The position numbers were made by a program, and so were the translations under genes. A stretch of 64,000 bases of DNA, taken from positions 1 through 64,000 of IMG/VR virus record IMGVR_UViG_3300038301_000548; one strand, 5' to 3'. This stretch comes from a virus. Every line of letters begins with the position of its first letter. The first letter of the stretch is position 1. This document shows, one piece after another, positions 52,312-61,903 of the stretch. Below the pieces are notes generated by a model, which saw nothing but the letters and a program-made list of their open reading frames with translations, ran no database searches and was not told where the DNA came from.

Positions 52312-53486
52312 ACGCGTATTTCCTTCATCTCTCCGAAGTTCTTACCGATGCTGACGTTTGATAGAAATCTACCAAATAAGTTTGTCTCGAATATGTCTTT
52401 TAGCTGAGAAACCATCTCATAATCCTCTTTTGCGAAATCAAGCACAACAGAATCGTGCATAGTGAATGCAACAAAGCTCTTGGTGCCCCTAAGTTTCTTC
52501 ACGATCTTGTATGCATTCTCTAGTACTATATCAGATGTTGTAGATTGAAGCAAGTAATTTAATGCTTTTCTTTCGTCTACAGGAAGGGTCCTGCCAAAAG
52601 GAGTCCTAATAGTCGCGTTGGTGTAATGCTCTAAGTATGCTTTTTTATTATAGTGCTTCTCATATATTCCATTTTCAGCCTTTGGATTATAAAGCCAGGC
52701 AAAGAATTGAGCTTTAGCTTCTGATCTGGAGATCCATGGAGGCATATCCTTCATATTCCACAAGTGAATATCCTCTGTTGGTTGTTGGACTCCAGAGAAA
52801 GCTAGTAATGTTCTTATTTCCGCGCCATTGAGATCCAGCTCTAGAAACAAATCATTTTGCGGGGTGACCGATTTTCTCTCCTCTTTCTTTATATTCATGA
52901 TTGGGTATGAACCCTTCACTGTTGCCAACCTTCCTGTAGCTGAAGTATAAATGTCATATTTAACTCTCTCCCTTATCTTTCCAACATTTAAACCTCTTTT
53001 GCTGATTTCTGTTGTGAGGACATGGATTTTATGCATAATATCATAACTGGCAGGCCTGGGGACTGTTCTTATTATTTCTTGCATGGCTGCGTCCCTGAGA
53101 GAGAACCATCGATGCAGCAGATGGTCCGGCAAGACGTCAAAAAAACATAGTCTGGAAAGGTCGACCTTTGCTGTTAGGGCTGCAGCTTTTTGGGATCTTA
53201 TAAGATCCCCCACTGAGAGGATCCCTTGCGGGTCTCGAGAGAACTCTGATAATTGCTTCTGATTTGCATAGACACTCAGAAACGTATAATTCTCATCCCT
53301 TTCTATTGCCGTGGAATAAGACCATGCATGATCTGCAGAATCTAAAAGTTGGCTGAAGTTCTTAAATATAAACTGGTTGTCCGCATATATTCCTCTGCAG
53401 TTATCTTCTATTTCAAGTGTCTGTATTACTCTCAACGTTCTCTCTTCTTTCATTTTCGGTGCGGCGCCGGAACTGGTCGTGATCAA
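52308..53486 (-). CDS. Minimal family A DNA polymerase (polymerase domain only)
   Basis: TGRL, LDLNGAEIR (motif A), AKAQFFAWLY (motif B), ALNYLLQS, MHDS (motif C). Confidence 0.85.
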   Translation of the reverse strand: MITTSSGAAPKMKEERTLRVIQTLEIEDNCRGIYADNQFIFKNFSQLLDSADHAWSYSTAIERDENYTFLSVYANQKQLSEFSRDPQGILSVGDLIRSQKAAALTAKVDLSRLCFFDVLPDHLLHRWFSLRDAAMQEIIRTVPRPASYDIMHKIHVLTTEISKRGLNVGKIRERVKYDIYTSATGRLATVKGSYPIMNIKKEERKSVTPQNDLFLELDLNGAEIRTLLAFSGVQQPTEDIHLWNMKDMPPWISRSEAKAQFFAWLYNPKAENGIYEKHYNKKAYLEHYTNATIRTPFGRTLPVDERKALNYLLQSTTSDIVLENAYKIVKKLRGTKSFVAFTMHDSVVLDFAKEDYEMVSQLKDIFETNLFGRFLSNVSIGKNFGEMKEIRV

Positions 53487-54657
53487 GCACTACCTGTTCT
53501 ATGATCTTAGAACAAGTAGATCCTATCTTGGCCGTCGCGTGACTAAGGCCGTAAATTGAGTAGGTCTGTATGGCTTGGTGTGCTTCGACTTCATAAAATC
53601 TCTGATCGTAGCTGTCCAGTTCATATAAGCGGGTGCGTAAGAGCAGGGCCAGCCAGGTTTCTTCTGATAATGCAGACACTTGACTCCTTCTCATTATTGA
53701 CTCATTACCATTATAACCCAATCTGGGAACAAAAGCAACCTTATTTCTAACCTGTATATAGAGGTTTTCTAAAAAACTCTGCAGCATGAAGAGGTCTTCA
53801 GGGTGGGTTTTAATCCGATAAATAGAATCCATTATCTCACTTGCAGACCTAGTTGCATGGACTCCGGGTGGTGGCCGGTCGATGGGGCCATCCGGAGTTT
53901 CAATAGTTTCTGGCTTTTCTGCTCTCATGAGTAACCTAACGATTTCTTTATCTAAATTAACCATCAGGCGCCATGGCGAGTTTTTGTCGACATAGAAACC
54001 AGAAGCTGAAGCATAGTCTAGATAACAAGAAAAATTAGGATCTTGCAAGATTTCACCTTTTGACAAATCGATCTGCGGATTCAGGTTTGCTAGCTCTAAT
54101 ACCAGGCCTGTAGTTTTTATATCGTTATGTTTTGAGAGTAGGAAACCGGTTTTTGTAATTGGATAGTTCTTGAGGTCGCTTTCTGCAATACTCATAAACT
54201 CTTTAACAAAACTCTCGAAGTCAACAATAGAAGCATTGCTAGATAAGTTTTCCAAATAACTTGTAGTCAAAAAGGTTGTGTACTCTGAGTAGTAGGTTTC
54301 GAAATTTAAATATCCGGCAGTTGGCACTAGGCCCTCCAAGAAGATCGGAAAAGATATATTAGTCTCTTGGACTCTCTGCAAGTAATCTCTTCTAAAGTTG
54401 CGAAAAGCCTCTGCGACAAAACCCAAGGCTGAGACATCGTCTGCGACGGACGGAAAAGTCTTTAGTATGGAGTCATCCACGCCGGGGACTATGATGACCG
54501 GTTCAAACTTGCTGTTTACACGGCCGAAGAAAGCGTTTTCATACCAGGTATCTAGCATACTTTCGAAATTAACTAAATTTTTATATTTGGCCCTTTCTCT
54601 GAACTCTTTCTCGAGGTTGTTTGAAGTGCCGGCGGAAAATAATATCTTGCTTGCCAT
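53413..54657 (-). CDS. Hypothetical protein
   Basis: Start re-called at MASKILF immediately after the hub stop. Confidence 0.65.
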   Translation of the reverse strand: MASKILFSAGTSNNLEKEFRERAKYKNLVNFESMLDTWYENAFFGRVNSKFEPVIIVPGVDDSILKTFPSVADDVSALGFVAEAFRNFRRDYLQRVQETNISFPIFLEGLVPTAGYLNFETYYSEYTTFLTTSYLENLSSNASIVDFESFVKEFMSIAESDLKNYPITKTGFLLSKHNDIKTTGLVLELANLNPQIDLSKGEILQDPNFSCYLDYASASGFYVDKNSPWRLMVNLDKEIVRLLMRAEKPETIETPDGPIDRPPPGVHATRSASEIMDSIYRIKTHPEDLFMLQSFLENLYIQVRNKVAFVPRLGYNGNESIMRRSQVSALSEETWLALLLRTRLYELDSYDQRFYEVEAHQAIQTYSIYGLSHATAKIGSTCSKIIEQVVLDHDQFRRRTENERRENVESNTDT

Positions 54658-54658
54658 G

Positions 54659-57430
54659 TCAAGTGCCCCTCTTCTTGGGTTCGATCTGGCCGCTGGTGCG
54701 ATTCTCATCAAAATAAATGTCAACATACTCATACTGCGCATCGAAACTGCTGTTGATGTAGTACCGTATATGATCGGCGCTATATCTGACTCGATCGACT
54801 CCCATGACAGGGCTGCCGCGGCGGAGATCATGAGACCTTGCTGTGCCGGCAGCGAACCATGATTTGTCCACATCGGGGTCATGAAATGTAAAATGCTCCG
54901 AGATTGAATTTGAAAGATTTACCTGTATACCGAGAGTGTTCTTCAGTTTAGATTCAACGCCGCTAGTAGCCTGAATTGAATCACTGGACCCTGTCGGTAC
55001 CCCCGTTGGTAGCTCCTGCGCATCAGCCCCGGGTTCGCTCTGACTAATCTCTCCAGCCGTTTCCGTGATAGGCACCGCGTCCGTAAGACCTTTCCTCTCT
55101 GAGGCGTGGGCCCCGAAAGAACACTTTAAAGAAGTAGTTGAAATACCATTCGACACATTAGTCGTAACAGACAGTATTGTATAATAGCCTCCGAGGCCTA
55201 ACCTGTGAGATGCGCTATTCTTATCATTAGGCAGGCCGAAGCCGATGTTGCCCGGGTTTACATAGATTTGACTCCCCGGCATAAAAAGGTTATTGCCGAT
55301 CATTTCGATTGTGGCAGAATACGGCATCTTTAATTCATCGTATAAACCTACCTGGTTTGTCATCAGCTGCTCTTGAGCTTTTGGGACGTCAAATCTACTA
55401 AAGTTGATGCTCTTTATCAAGCCTCTATTTTTTCCAATCTCAAAATGATAAATACCTTTATCTGAATCTTGCTTCTTTATCCCTGAGCCATCTGGTGTGA
55501 ACTCTCTTTCTGATTCTTGAAATATGACAAAGTATTCGTTATCATCTTCGAAAGAGTAGGACTTCATAGCGGACGAGCCGGGGAGGTTCGATGGTTTTAA
55601 AATAGATTGTTTTGATAATTTTGCTGAGAGGCCACGGCCGGTGTATGTTGTGCTTGTAATTGTTGGCATACTTTCAACTATCCCGTTGGCCACGGGTTGA
55701 AAAGATAGGTGCAGGGCCTCGGGTATTATATGGTTAACACACTTATTTAAGAACTGGTATATTGTATAAGTCTTGTCATAATTGCTTATTACCTCATCCT
55801 TCATCACCTTTGACCACAGTGCTAAAGATATTGGCACATCTGCTAAGTTTATTTTCTTTATCTCTGGCTTAGCTGTGCTGTCCTTTCCTCTGATTTTTAT
55901 GTTTACGTCTGACAGCAGAACTCTAAACTTTTTTAGTTTTTTGACGTTTTCTTCTAGTACTAGTTTGATTTTTTCCTTTTCTTCTGAGGTTCTATTCTGA
56001 TACTTTTTGTTTATTTCGCTCTCTGGGTTAGAGATCTCTTTTATAGCTTTATCTATATTTTCTGCGCTCTTTTCAAAAAAGGCCTGCATAAGATCACCTA
56101 GTGCTACGTAATGGATGGTCCTCTTTGAGAGGTCTAGATCGTCTTTACGTGATTTGTAATCTACAGACTTTTCATCGACGCGCTTCGATGAAAACTTCAG
56201 GGGTTCATCTGTGGGTGGCAGGTTCGGTAGTGACAGGTCTATGGCGGGGGTACCTATGCCGAGGTAACTTCTGGGCTTTCCGTCATCAGAAGAAATTAGT
56301 GACGCGTTCTCGGCCATCGCGTCGAGGGTGGCAGCGAAGGGATTCACTTCTGATTGTGCTTTGCCATAGGTGCTATATTGAAACAAGAAGCTGTCGTCAA
56401 AAATAGCCTCGTGGATTTTATTCTTTGATTCTAAGATCTCCATAACTCTTCTAATTTCTTTAAGTTTTTTTTGATAGTCTTCTAATGTTCTGTTTTCCTT
56501 TATTTTGCCCTCCTTAGATTTCCCAGCCTCGACAACTCCATCCCTAAATAGTGACCGTATATCAGCCCTAACAACAGTGTCCTCGGTCGAATCCCCAAGG
56601 CTAAAGAGGCTATCGCCAAGTGAGTCACCTATTCTTGCCGTATATTTTATATTTATTGTCGCTGAGCCATCTTGTTGGACGTCTATGCTATGAGATATAA
56701 CATTCATCCTTAACGCTAGATTTGATTCCCGGATCTCTTCCACTTCCAGTTGGGTAAATAAGCTTTGATTTAAAAAAGTATACCCCAAAGTGGCAGAGAC
56801 TTCTATGGGTCGGCGAAGGTCACCTGGCGTTATAGTCGAACTGTGCTCGACATTCGATAAGTTACCTGGTGCGTTTCTCGCTATAGATATTGTAAATAAA
56901 TCGGCTAGGCGTGCATAACCAGCCTTTGGCTCAGCAAAAATTAAAGAAACGTTATCAACAAACACTGTTAAATTGGCCATTAAAAATCTGGGTGCCTGGT
57001 ATGGGTTAGTACCGACAAATTCTACTGAAAAGTCTCTGACGGCTGCGGCGCCTAGAGAGAATGGGGCGCCCTCATCGGAGACCTCTGCAGTGGTTGGAAA
57101 GTAGAAAGGCAGCATCTTTTCCCCGATGGATTTAAAGAATCTAAGTTCTGGCACTAGGGAGCTTATTTTGTAGGTCTCTAGGTTGAAGAAGTCATCTTTA
57201 ATGACTATTTTGTTATTACTGTCGGGTTTATTTGTAATCTTAGACATAACTGAATTGGGGTCGTAAGGCTCTCCTCCCAGGGAGTGGACTCCTATTGTTT
57301 TATTTTCACTCGGAGTAAGAGTCGCTTTTTTAATACCGGACTCGGCCGAGGTGCCGTGCAGATTCCATTTATAAAGCAATGCTGCTTGCGGGTGAAAGCT
57401 GTTCTTCTCATTTCCTTTTCCTGCTGCCAT
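54659..57430 (-). CDS. Baseplate hub / late-control-D-like tail protein
   Basis: GKNRGLIKSINF, MIGNNLFMPG.IYV, LGGYY in a tail-gene context. Confidence 0.65.
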   Translation of the reverse strand: MAAGKGNEKNSFHPQAALLYKWNLHGTSAESGIKKATLTPSENKTIGVHSLGGEPYDPNSVMSKITNKPDSNNKIVIKDDFFNLETYKISSLVPELRFFKSIGEKMLPFYFPTTAEVSDEGAPFSLGAAAVRDFSVEFVGTNPYQAPRFLMANLTVFVDNVSLIFAEPKAGYARLADLFTISIARNAPGNLSNVEHSSTITPGDLRRPIEVSATLGYTFLNQSLFTQLEVEEIRESNLALRMNVISHSIDVQQDGSATINIKYTARIGDSLGDSLFSLGDSTEDTVVRADIRSLFRDGVVEAGKSKEGKIKENRTLEDYQKKLKEIRRVMEILESKNKIHEAIFDDSFLFQYSTYGKAQSEVNPFAATLDAMAENASLISSDDGKPRSYLGIGTPAIDLSLPNLPPTDEPLKFSSKRVDEKSVDYKSRKDDLDLSKRTIHYVALGDLMQAFFEKSAENIDKAIKEISNPESEINKKYQNRTSEEKEKIKLVLEENVKKLKKFRVLLSDVNIKIRGKDSTAKPEIKKINLADVPISLALWSKVMKDEVISNYDKTYTIYQFLNKCVNHIIPEALHLSFQPVANGIVESMPTITSTTYTGRGLSAKLSKQSILKPSNLPGSSAMKSYSFEDDNEYFVIFQESEREFTPDGSGIKKQDSDKGIYHFEIGKNRGLIKSINFSRFDVPKAQEQLMTNQVGLYDELKMPYSATIEMIGNNLFMPGSQIYVNPGNIGFGLPNDKNSASHRLGLGGYYTILSVTTNVSNGISTTSLKCSFGAHASERKGLTDAVPITETAGEISQSEPGADAQELPTGVPTGSSDSIQATSGVESKLKNTLGIQVNLSNSISEHFTFHDPDVDKSWFAAGTARSHDLRRGSPVMGVDRVRYSADHIRYYINSSFDAQYEYVDIYFDENRTSGQIEPKKRGT

Positions 57431-57433
57431 TAT

Positions 57434-57787
57434 TTATGTCTCTCTTGTTGCAATATAGATCGCATACTCTAAATCCTTTGGTATAGATACAACTTCCCCT
57501 AGTTGTATATGACTGTCTGTCGGCTTCTTGTTGTACCATGCAATAACCCACCAGTACTCTACTGATCCATAAAACTCATAAGCCCACTTACTCATTCGTT
57601 CTCCGACTGCCATAATCCTCTCATGCGTCTCAATGGCCATAGTCTCCTGGTCTTCAGCATCGGGACTATTGAACTCAAGTCTAGCATATTGCCGGACTTC
57701 TGTCAAGTCCCTTCTGTGGAAAATTTCGGGGCGCAACTTGTTTGGGACCATTATTGGATTTGTGTAGTTGTTGTACCTATCAGACAT
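57434..57787 (-). CDS. Baseplate wedge gp53-like / LysM-like protein
   Basis: AYEFYGSVEYWWVIAWYN...G.VV.IP. Confidence 0.8.
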   Translation of the reverse strand: MSDRYNNYTNPIMVPNKLRPEIFHRRDLTEVRQYARLEFNSPDAEDQETMAIETHERIMAVGERMSKWAYEFYGSVEYWWVIAWYNKKPTDSHIQLGEVVSIPKDLEYAIYIATRET

Positions 57788-57802
57788 GATATACTCTCCT
57801 TG

Positions 57803-58459
57803 TTAGCTCTTTAACAGTCTGCTCTTGTTTTTTGTTCCGCCCATAATAGCCTTAGAATCTGATGGCGCAGAATAAGGGAACTGGCTTGTTAAGAAATCTT
57901 GGTTTTCATCCCAACCCAACTGGTTTTCGTGTTGTGGGTCGAAAGTTATGCTAATGTTGTAGTGTTTTGGGAAAAGCTCTCCATTTGGCTTATAGAAGTA
58001 ACCGGCGGCTGCATTTGGCTTGAAATTGAAGCCGCCGATGCAACCTAATAGAGATCCGGACCCATTGGCCGCTTGGACCATGTTGACAAATTTCAATCTT
58101 ATCAGTGGTGGGGCCTTAATTGTTCGGCCGAATGATCCTCCGGTGCCGGCAAGGGGTGCTGAGTATGATGGGTACAGCATCTTTACAAGGGTTGAGTATC
58201 TGGCAAGGTTTTCTTTTGCGTGTGCCTCACTGGCAGACAAGACGTCGAAAGCTAAAGTTATCTGTCTAGTTGTTGATTGATATGGCTTTATTGGATCGTT
58301 TCTGCCGAATATCTGTTCGCCACCCCAAGAGACAGTATAGTTATCTGAAAAATCTGTTAAAAATGCTGGGAACTCTATGGTTGTCCCAGAAGCCAGGTGT
58401 TCAAAAGAGATCATCTGGTTTTTTGATTTTGCTATTTCTCCAAAGTCTGTAAAACTCAT
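57803..58459 (-). CDS. Tail tube initiator-like protein
   Basis: SW....FGRNDPI..YQSTTRQITLAF; PPLIRL. Confidence 0.7.
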   Translation of the reverse strand: MSFTDFGEIAKSKNQMISFEHLASGTTIEFPAFLTDFSDNYTVSWGGEQIFGRNDPIKPYQSTTRQITLAFDVLSASEAHAKENLARYSTLVKMLYPSYSAPLAGTGGSFGRTIKAPPLIRLKFVNMVQAANGSGSLLGCIGGFNFKPNAAAGYFYKPNGELFPKHYNISITFDPQHENQLGWDENQDFLTSQFPYSAPSDSKAIMGGTKNKSRLLKS

Positions 58460-58484
58460 ATTATCTCTCCTTTAATAAAAATCA

Positions 58485-60098
58485 TCATGGTGATCCTTTT
58501 TTACTCAATGCGGCCGTTGCGCCTTTCTCGATCTTTTCCATCTCTTTACTATCTCGGCCAAAAGCCCGAAGCGCATTAGTAATTATCTTTAGGCCGGCGC
58601 CAAAACCATCCAAAGCCTCGCCCAGCGCTTTGTAATCTTCGTCCTTTGGTGCATTCTTGGCAAACTTCTCTAGTGTCACCAGCGTGGTTAAGGCTTTAGG
58701 GATCCCAGTGAAATCTTCGATTGTGCCGGCTATTTTGCTGGAGGCTGCCAGTGCGACGGCGATTTCAACTAGTTTCCTTTGGTCTTTTTTTGCGCCTTCG
58801 AGTTGGTTGACGATATTTGGAAAGATATCTTTAGCATCGATGCCGATTTGGTTTCGTTTGAAACCTGAAAGGGCGCTTTGTTTAATGGATTTCAAAACCT
58901 CCAATGCGCCGGCGGCGTCCTTCTGCATAAGAATCACCTGCGAAACTTGAGATTTTTGCATGGTATTCAGGCTTTTGAAAGAGATTTCGATTTTCTTCTG
59001 GAGTTCTTTAGTTTTCTCTTCTCCGAACTTCAGGCCGATGGCCTTGGTTAAGGCATCCGCTGCGAGGTTTTTGGTACTATCTTGGATCATGTTCCCTAGG
59101 GCGACCAGTGAATTCTCTACTGGGCCGCGGCCTCTTCGGATACTGTCGCTAAGTTTCTTTATGCTAATATCAACATCTTTTGTCGAATTATCAAATCTGC
59201 CCTCAAGCTTGTCATATTTTTCTGAATCGACGGCGCCGGGTTGTTTCCCTGTCCTGAGGAACTTTCTAGTATCCTCTACTGATCCAAATCCCAAAGTCTC
59301 TTGAACCGCCATTAACTCAAACTTGCCCATCTTGTTCGGGTCGCGGCCTTCGAACTCTTTTTTTACTCTTTTAGCTCGTTGTGCTTCGGTCATATTTAGC
59401 ATCTCAATGCTGTTGAATGCTGATTTACCCAATATCTGGTTTAGTTGACCTGCTTTTTGAGCTGCTCCTTCGAAACTATCAAAACTGCTACCAAATGTGC
59501 TCGTCAACGAATCGAAAGAAAGCCCGGTTTGTCGCGACATCACCTGAAGTTCTTTAAAATTTTGTTTAAATATTTTTGTGTTATAAGCAAAATTTTGCTG
59601 CGCAGAGCGAAAGTTCTTGGCCAGGGTATCGCCCGGAATAGCTAAGGCTTCTGACATATTCGCGAATTCGGCCATGAGGCCTTTCAATTCATCAGCTGAG
59701 CTGCCAAATGCATACATCCCAGAGTCAACCACTTCTGCTAGTGTTGTTGCTTCGAAGCCTAAGCCCTGCATCGCTACGGTAGTTTCGAGCAGCTTAGAAC
59801 GGAGACTGTCACTCATATAAACAAAAGCCTTAGCGTTTGTCCTAAAAGCAGTTAAGGCATCAGTCGCCCTGTTGGTATTCCCAAACAGCTTTAGGGACTG
59901 TTCGGCGGCGGAACTGAAGGCAGAACCCAACTCTTCAAGGTCTTGGGCGTATCCAGCTTCTGTAAAAGCTTTTCGCTGTTCGTCGAATAACTTGGTTTGC
60001 TGGGCCAGGCGCTTGATCGGGTTTAACAAGACCTCTTCTTGCACTGGGTTTATAGCAGATGAGAGCTGCGCTATTTGTTCTTTGGTAAATTCACTCAT
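58485..60098 (-). CDS. Tape-measure-like protein
   Basis: Ala/Leu/Lys-rich helical protein downstream of the tail chaperone. Confidence 0.65.
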   Translation of the reverse strand: MSEFTKEQIAQLSSAINPVQEEVLLNPIKRLAQQTKLFDEQRKAFTEAGYAQDLEELGSAFSSAAEQSLKLFGNTNRATDALTAFRTNAKAFVYMSDSLRSKLLETTVAMQGLGFEATTLAEVVDSGMYAFGSSADELKGLMAEFANMSEALAIPGDTLAKNFRSAQQNFAYNTKIFKQNFKELQVMSRQTGLSFDSLTSTFGSSFDSFEGAAQKAGQLNQILGKSAFNSIEMLNMTEAQRAKRVKKEFEGRDPNKMGKFELMAVQETLGFGSVEDTRKFLRTGKQPGAVDSEKYDKLEGRFDNSTKDVDISIKKLSDSIRRGRGPVENSLVALGNMIQDSTKNLAADALTKAIGLKFGEEKTKELQKKIEISFKSLNTMQKSQVSQVILMQKDAAGALEVLKSIKQSALSGFKRNQIGIDAKDIFPNIVNQLEGAKKDQRKLVEIAVALAASSKIAGTIEDFTGIPKALTTLVTLEKFAKNAPKDEDYKALGEALDGFGAGLKIITNALRAFGRDSKEMEKIEKGATAALSKKGSP

Positions 60099-60174
60099 CG
60101 TATCAGTACCCTCGGTTCTCTAAGTGTTCTCTATAAAGGGAATAGCCCCCTATTTAACTAGATAGAATACAAAT

Positions 60175-60336
60175 TTATGCATCTTTTGATTTCTCCTCAT
60201 GATGCCTGATCAGGCGACGGATAAACCACTTTCTCAACCCAATGGGGAGACTGTAAGCTTCTGAAAACGACCATTTCATGTGCTGTATTAAGAGATAAAT
60301 CTCTTCATATACAACTTTCTCTAGATATTCTTTACT
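60175..60336 (-). CDS. Tail chaperone C-terminal extension ORF (gpT-like), no obvious own start
   Basis: Open frame SKEYLEKVVYEEIYLLIQHMKWSFSEAYSLPIGLRKWFIRRL..., +1 relative to the upstream gene. Confidence 0.6.
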   Translation of the reverse strand, partial: SKEYLEKVVYEEIYLLIQHMKWSFSEAYSLPIGLRKWFIRRLIRHHEEKSKDA

Positions 60337-61219
60337 AAGACCAAAACATGCCCAGAGAAAAGGGCACGTCCTCCTTTTGCTCGTGATTGCATTCAGGGCA
60401 GCATATCATCTGAGTCTTATCTATTTTTGGAATACTAGTGTTATGGATCTTTACTATAGTTCTTGCGTCTGCAGTTGGTAATACCTCTGTCAGTTTGAAG
60501 ATTTCGCCGGGCGTGGTAACTCCATTCGCCTCAACGAGTATTCTCCTCAAAAATTCTAAAGTATCACTGAAAGGAAGGTTAAGCTTTTCTTTTTGTTTTT
60601 TTGACTCTTCAAGATACTTGTAATCGTTAGGAGTCATTGTTTTTATTCTAACACTTATTTTGGTTATTGGCAAATCAAAAAGCAAAGTCTTACTTGTTTC
60701 ATCATACTTTACTTCTTCTGTGTCTGCGATACCGAACGTCCTGTTTTTCATATCTTCTAGGATCTTAGTTAAGCTAGCTTTGACTGGGCCCTCAAACGAG
60801 CAGTTGTCGCAAGAAAACAGCATTTCCAAGTCTTCGCCATAGCCAGTTTTGGCGGCTGACATCAAAAGTGCTAACTTATCACAGTCTAAAATTTCTTTTG
60901 AATTTATATTCTCTGTGATCATCAAAGAATCAATGAGCTTGTCGAATACAATCCCTTCATTGATATAATTTTGGTTCATGACAATATCTTCTTCTTTTGC
61001 TGTCATGGATTTAATTTCCAAAGTCTTCAACCCTTTCAGGGGGCTGCTTTCTTCATAAAATTCTCCGCCAGAAGGCAGGTGCACAATCTCAGTTGGTACA
61101 ACAAATGAAATGCCAAAAGGATTTTGTTTTGGCATTTCAGGGGGTGGGATATTGTGCTGTGGTGTTTGCGGTGGTTCTTGACGCTGTTGAACTTTCGTTC
61201 TTTTAGAATTTCTAGACAT
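60335..61219 (-). CDS. Tail/baseplate assembly chaperone (T4 gp26-like)
   Basis: LPSGG..Y, MTAKEEDI, CxxC pairs, FW C-terminus. Confidence 0.8.
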   Translation of the reverse strand: MSRNSKRTKVQQRQEPPQTPQHNIPPPEMPKQNPFGISFVVPTEIVHLPSGGEFYEESSPLKGLKTLEIKSMTAKEEDIVMNQNYINEGIVFDKLIDSLMITENINSKEILDCDKLALLMSAAKTGYGEDLEMLFSCDNCSFEGPVKASLTKILEDMKNRTFGIADTEEVKYDETSKTLLFDLPITKISVRIKTMTPNDYKYLEESKKQKEKLNLPFSDTLEFLRRILVEANGVTTPGEIFKLTEVLPTADARTIVKIHNTSIPKIDKTQMICCPECNHEQKEDVPFSLGMFWS

Positions 61220-61253
61220 CTTTCCTCTTTATCTTAAACTTAAAAACTGTAAC

Positions 61254-61850
61254 TTAATCTGTAATAGTGCCGGAATTGTCAGCAGCACTTGTTCCGTCGG
61301 CGCCGGGGCTGGTGGTGTTTGTACTCCACTGAGCTTGTGTTGCTGGCGTTTCAAGTGTTGCAAAATCATATTTTAGACCTATCGTTATATTAAGCAATTC
61401 ATCGCTGTTGTAGTCTAGTTGATCAAACTCAACACTCTCTATTTGAGGGTTTTTGAGTGTCCAGGTCTCAACTGCAACATTACCCTCTGGATTCAATTGA
61501 ACAATCTTAATCTCATTGCCCAAAGCTCTAACCATTTCAGCTTTCGAGATGGTTTTCGGAGCTGATTCTGAATATGCAGTTGGCACAACATAGCCGGCTG
61601 TTTCCAGAATGCTATAAAGACTAGCTGCAGAATCTGGGTTAACCGGGTCGACGATGACCATGCTCACCGGGTCCCACTTTACTGAACCAGGGTAGTGAAA
61701 CTCATAGTTCAAAAATTGATGCGGTGTTGTGCCAACCTTGAAGGCCGGTTTCTTCACTGATTTTACAATAAATTGTGGCATACCAGAAAGATAGAGTAGC
61801 CATCTAAACTTTCTCTTTGGCTCAACCGAGGCTTCTGTCCAAAACGTCAT
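61254..61850 (-). CDS. Tail tube protein (gp19-like)
   Basis: EPKRKFRW, VKKP, W.P, LDY; directly after the sheath. Confidence 0.9.
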   Translation of the reverse strand: MTFWTEASVEPKRKFRWLLYLSGMPQFIVKSVKKPAFKVGTTPHQFLNYEFHYPGSVKWDPVSMVIVDPVNPDSAASLYSILETAGYVVPTAYSESAPKTISKAEMVRALGNEIKIVQLNPEGNVAVETWTLKNPQIESVEFDQLDYNSDELLNITIGLKYDFATLETPATQAQWSTNTTSPGADGTSAADNSGTITD

Positions 61851-61903
61851 TATATTAAATCTCCTATTAGTATATATTATACTCAGGCAGTTTTTAACGA
61901 TTA

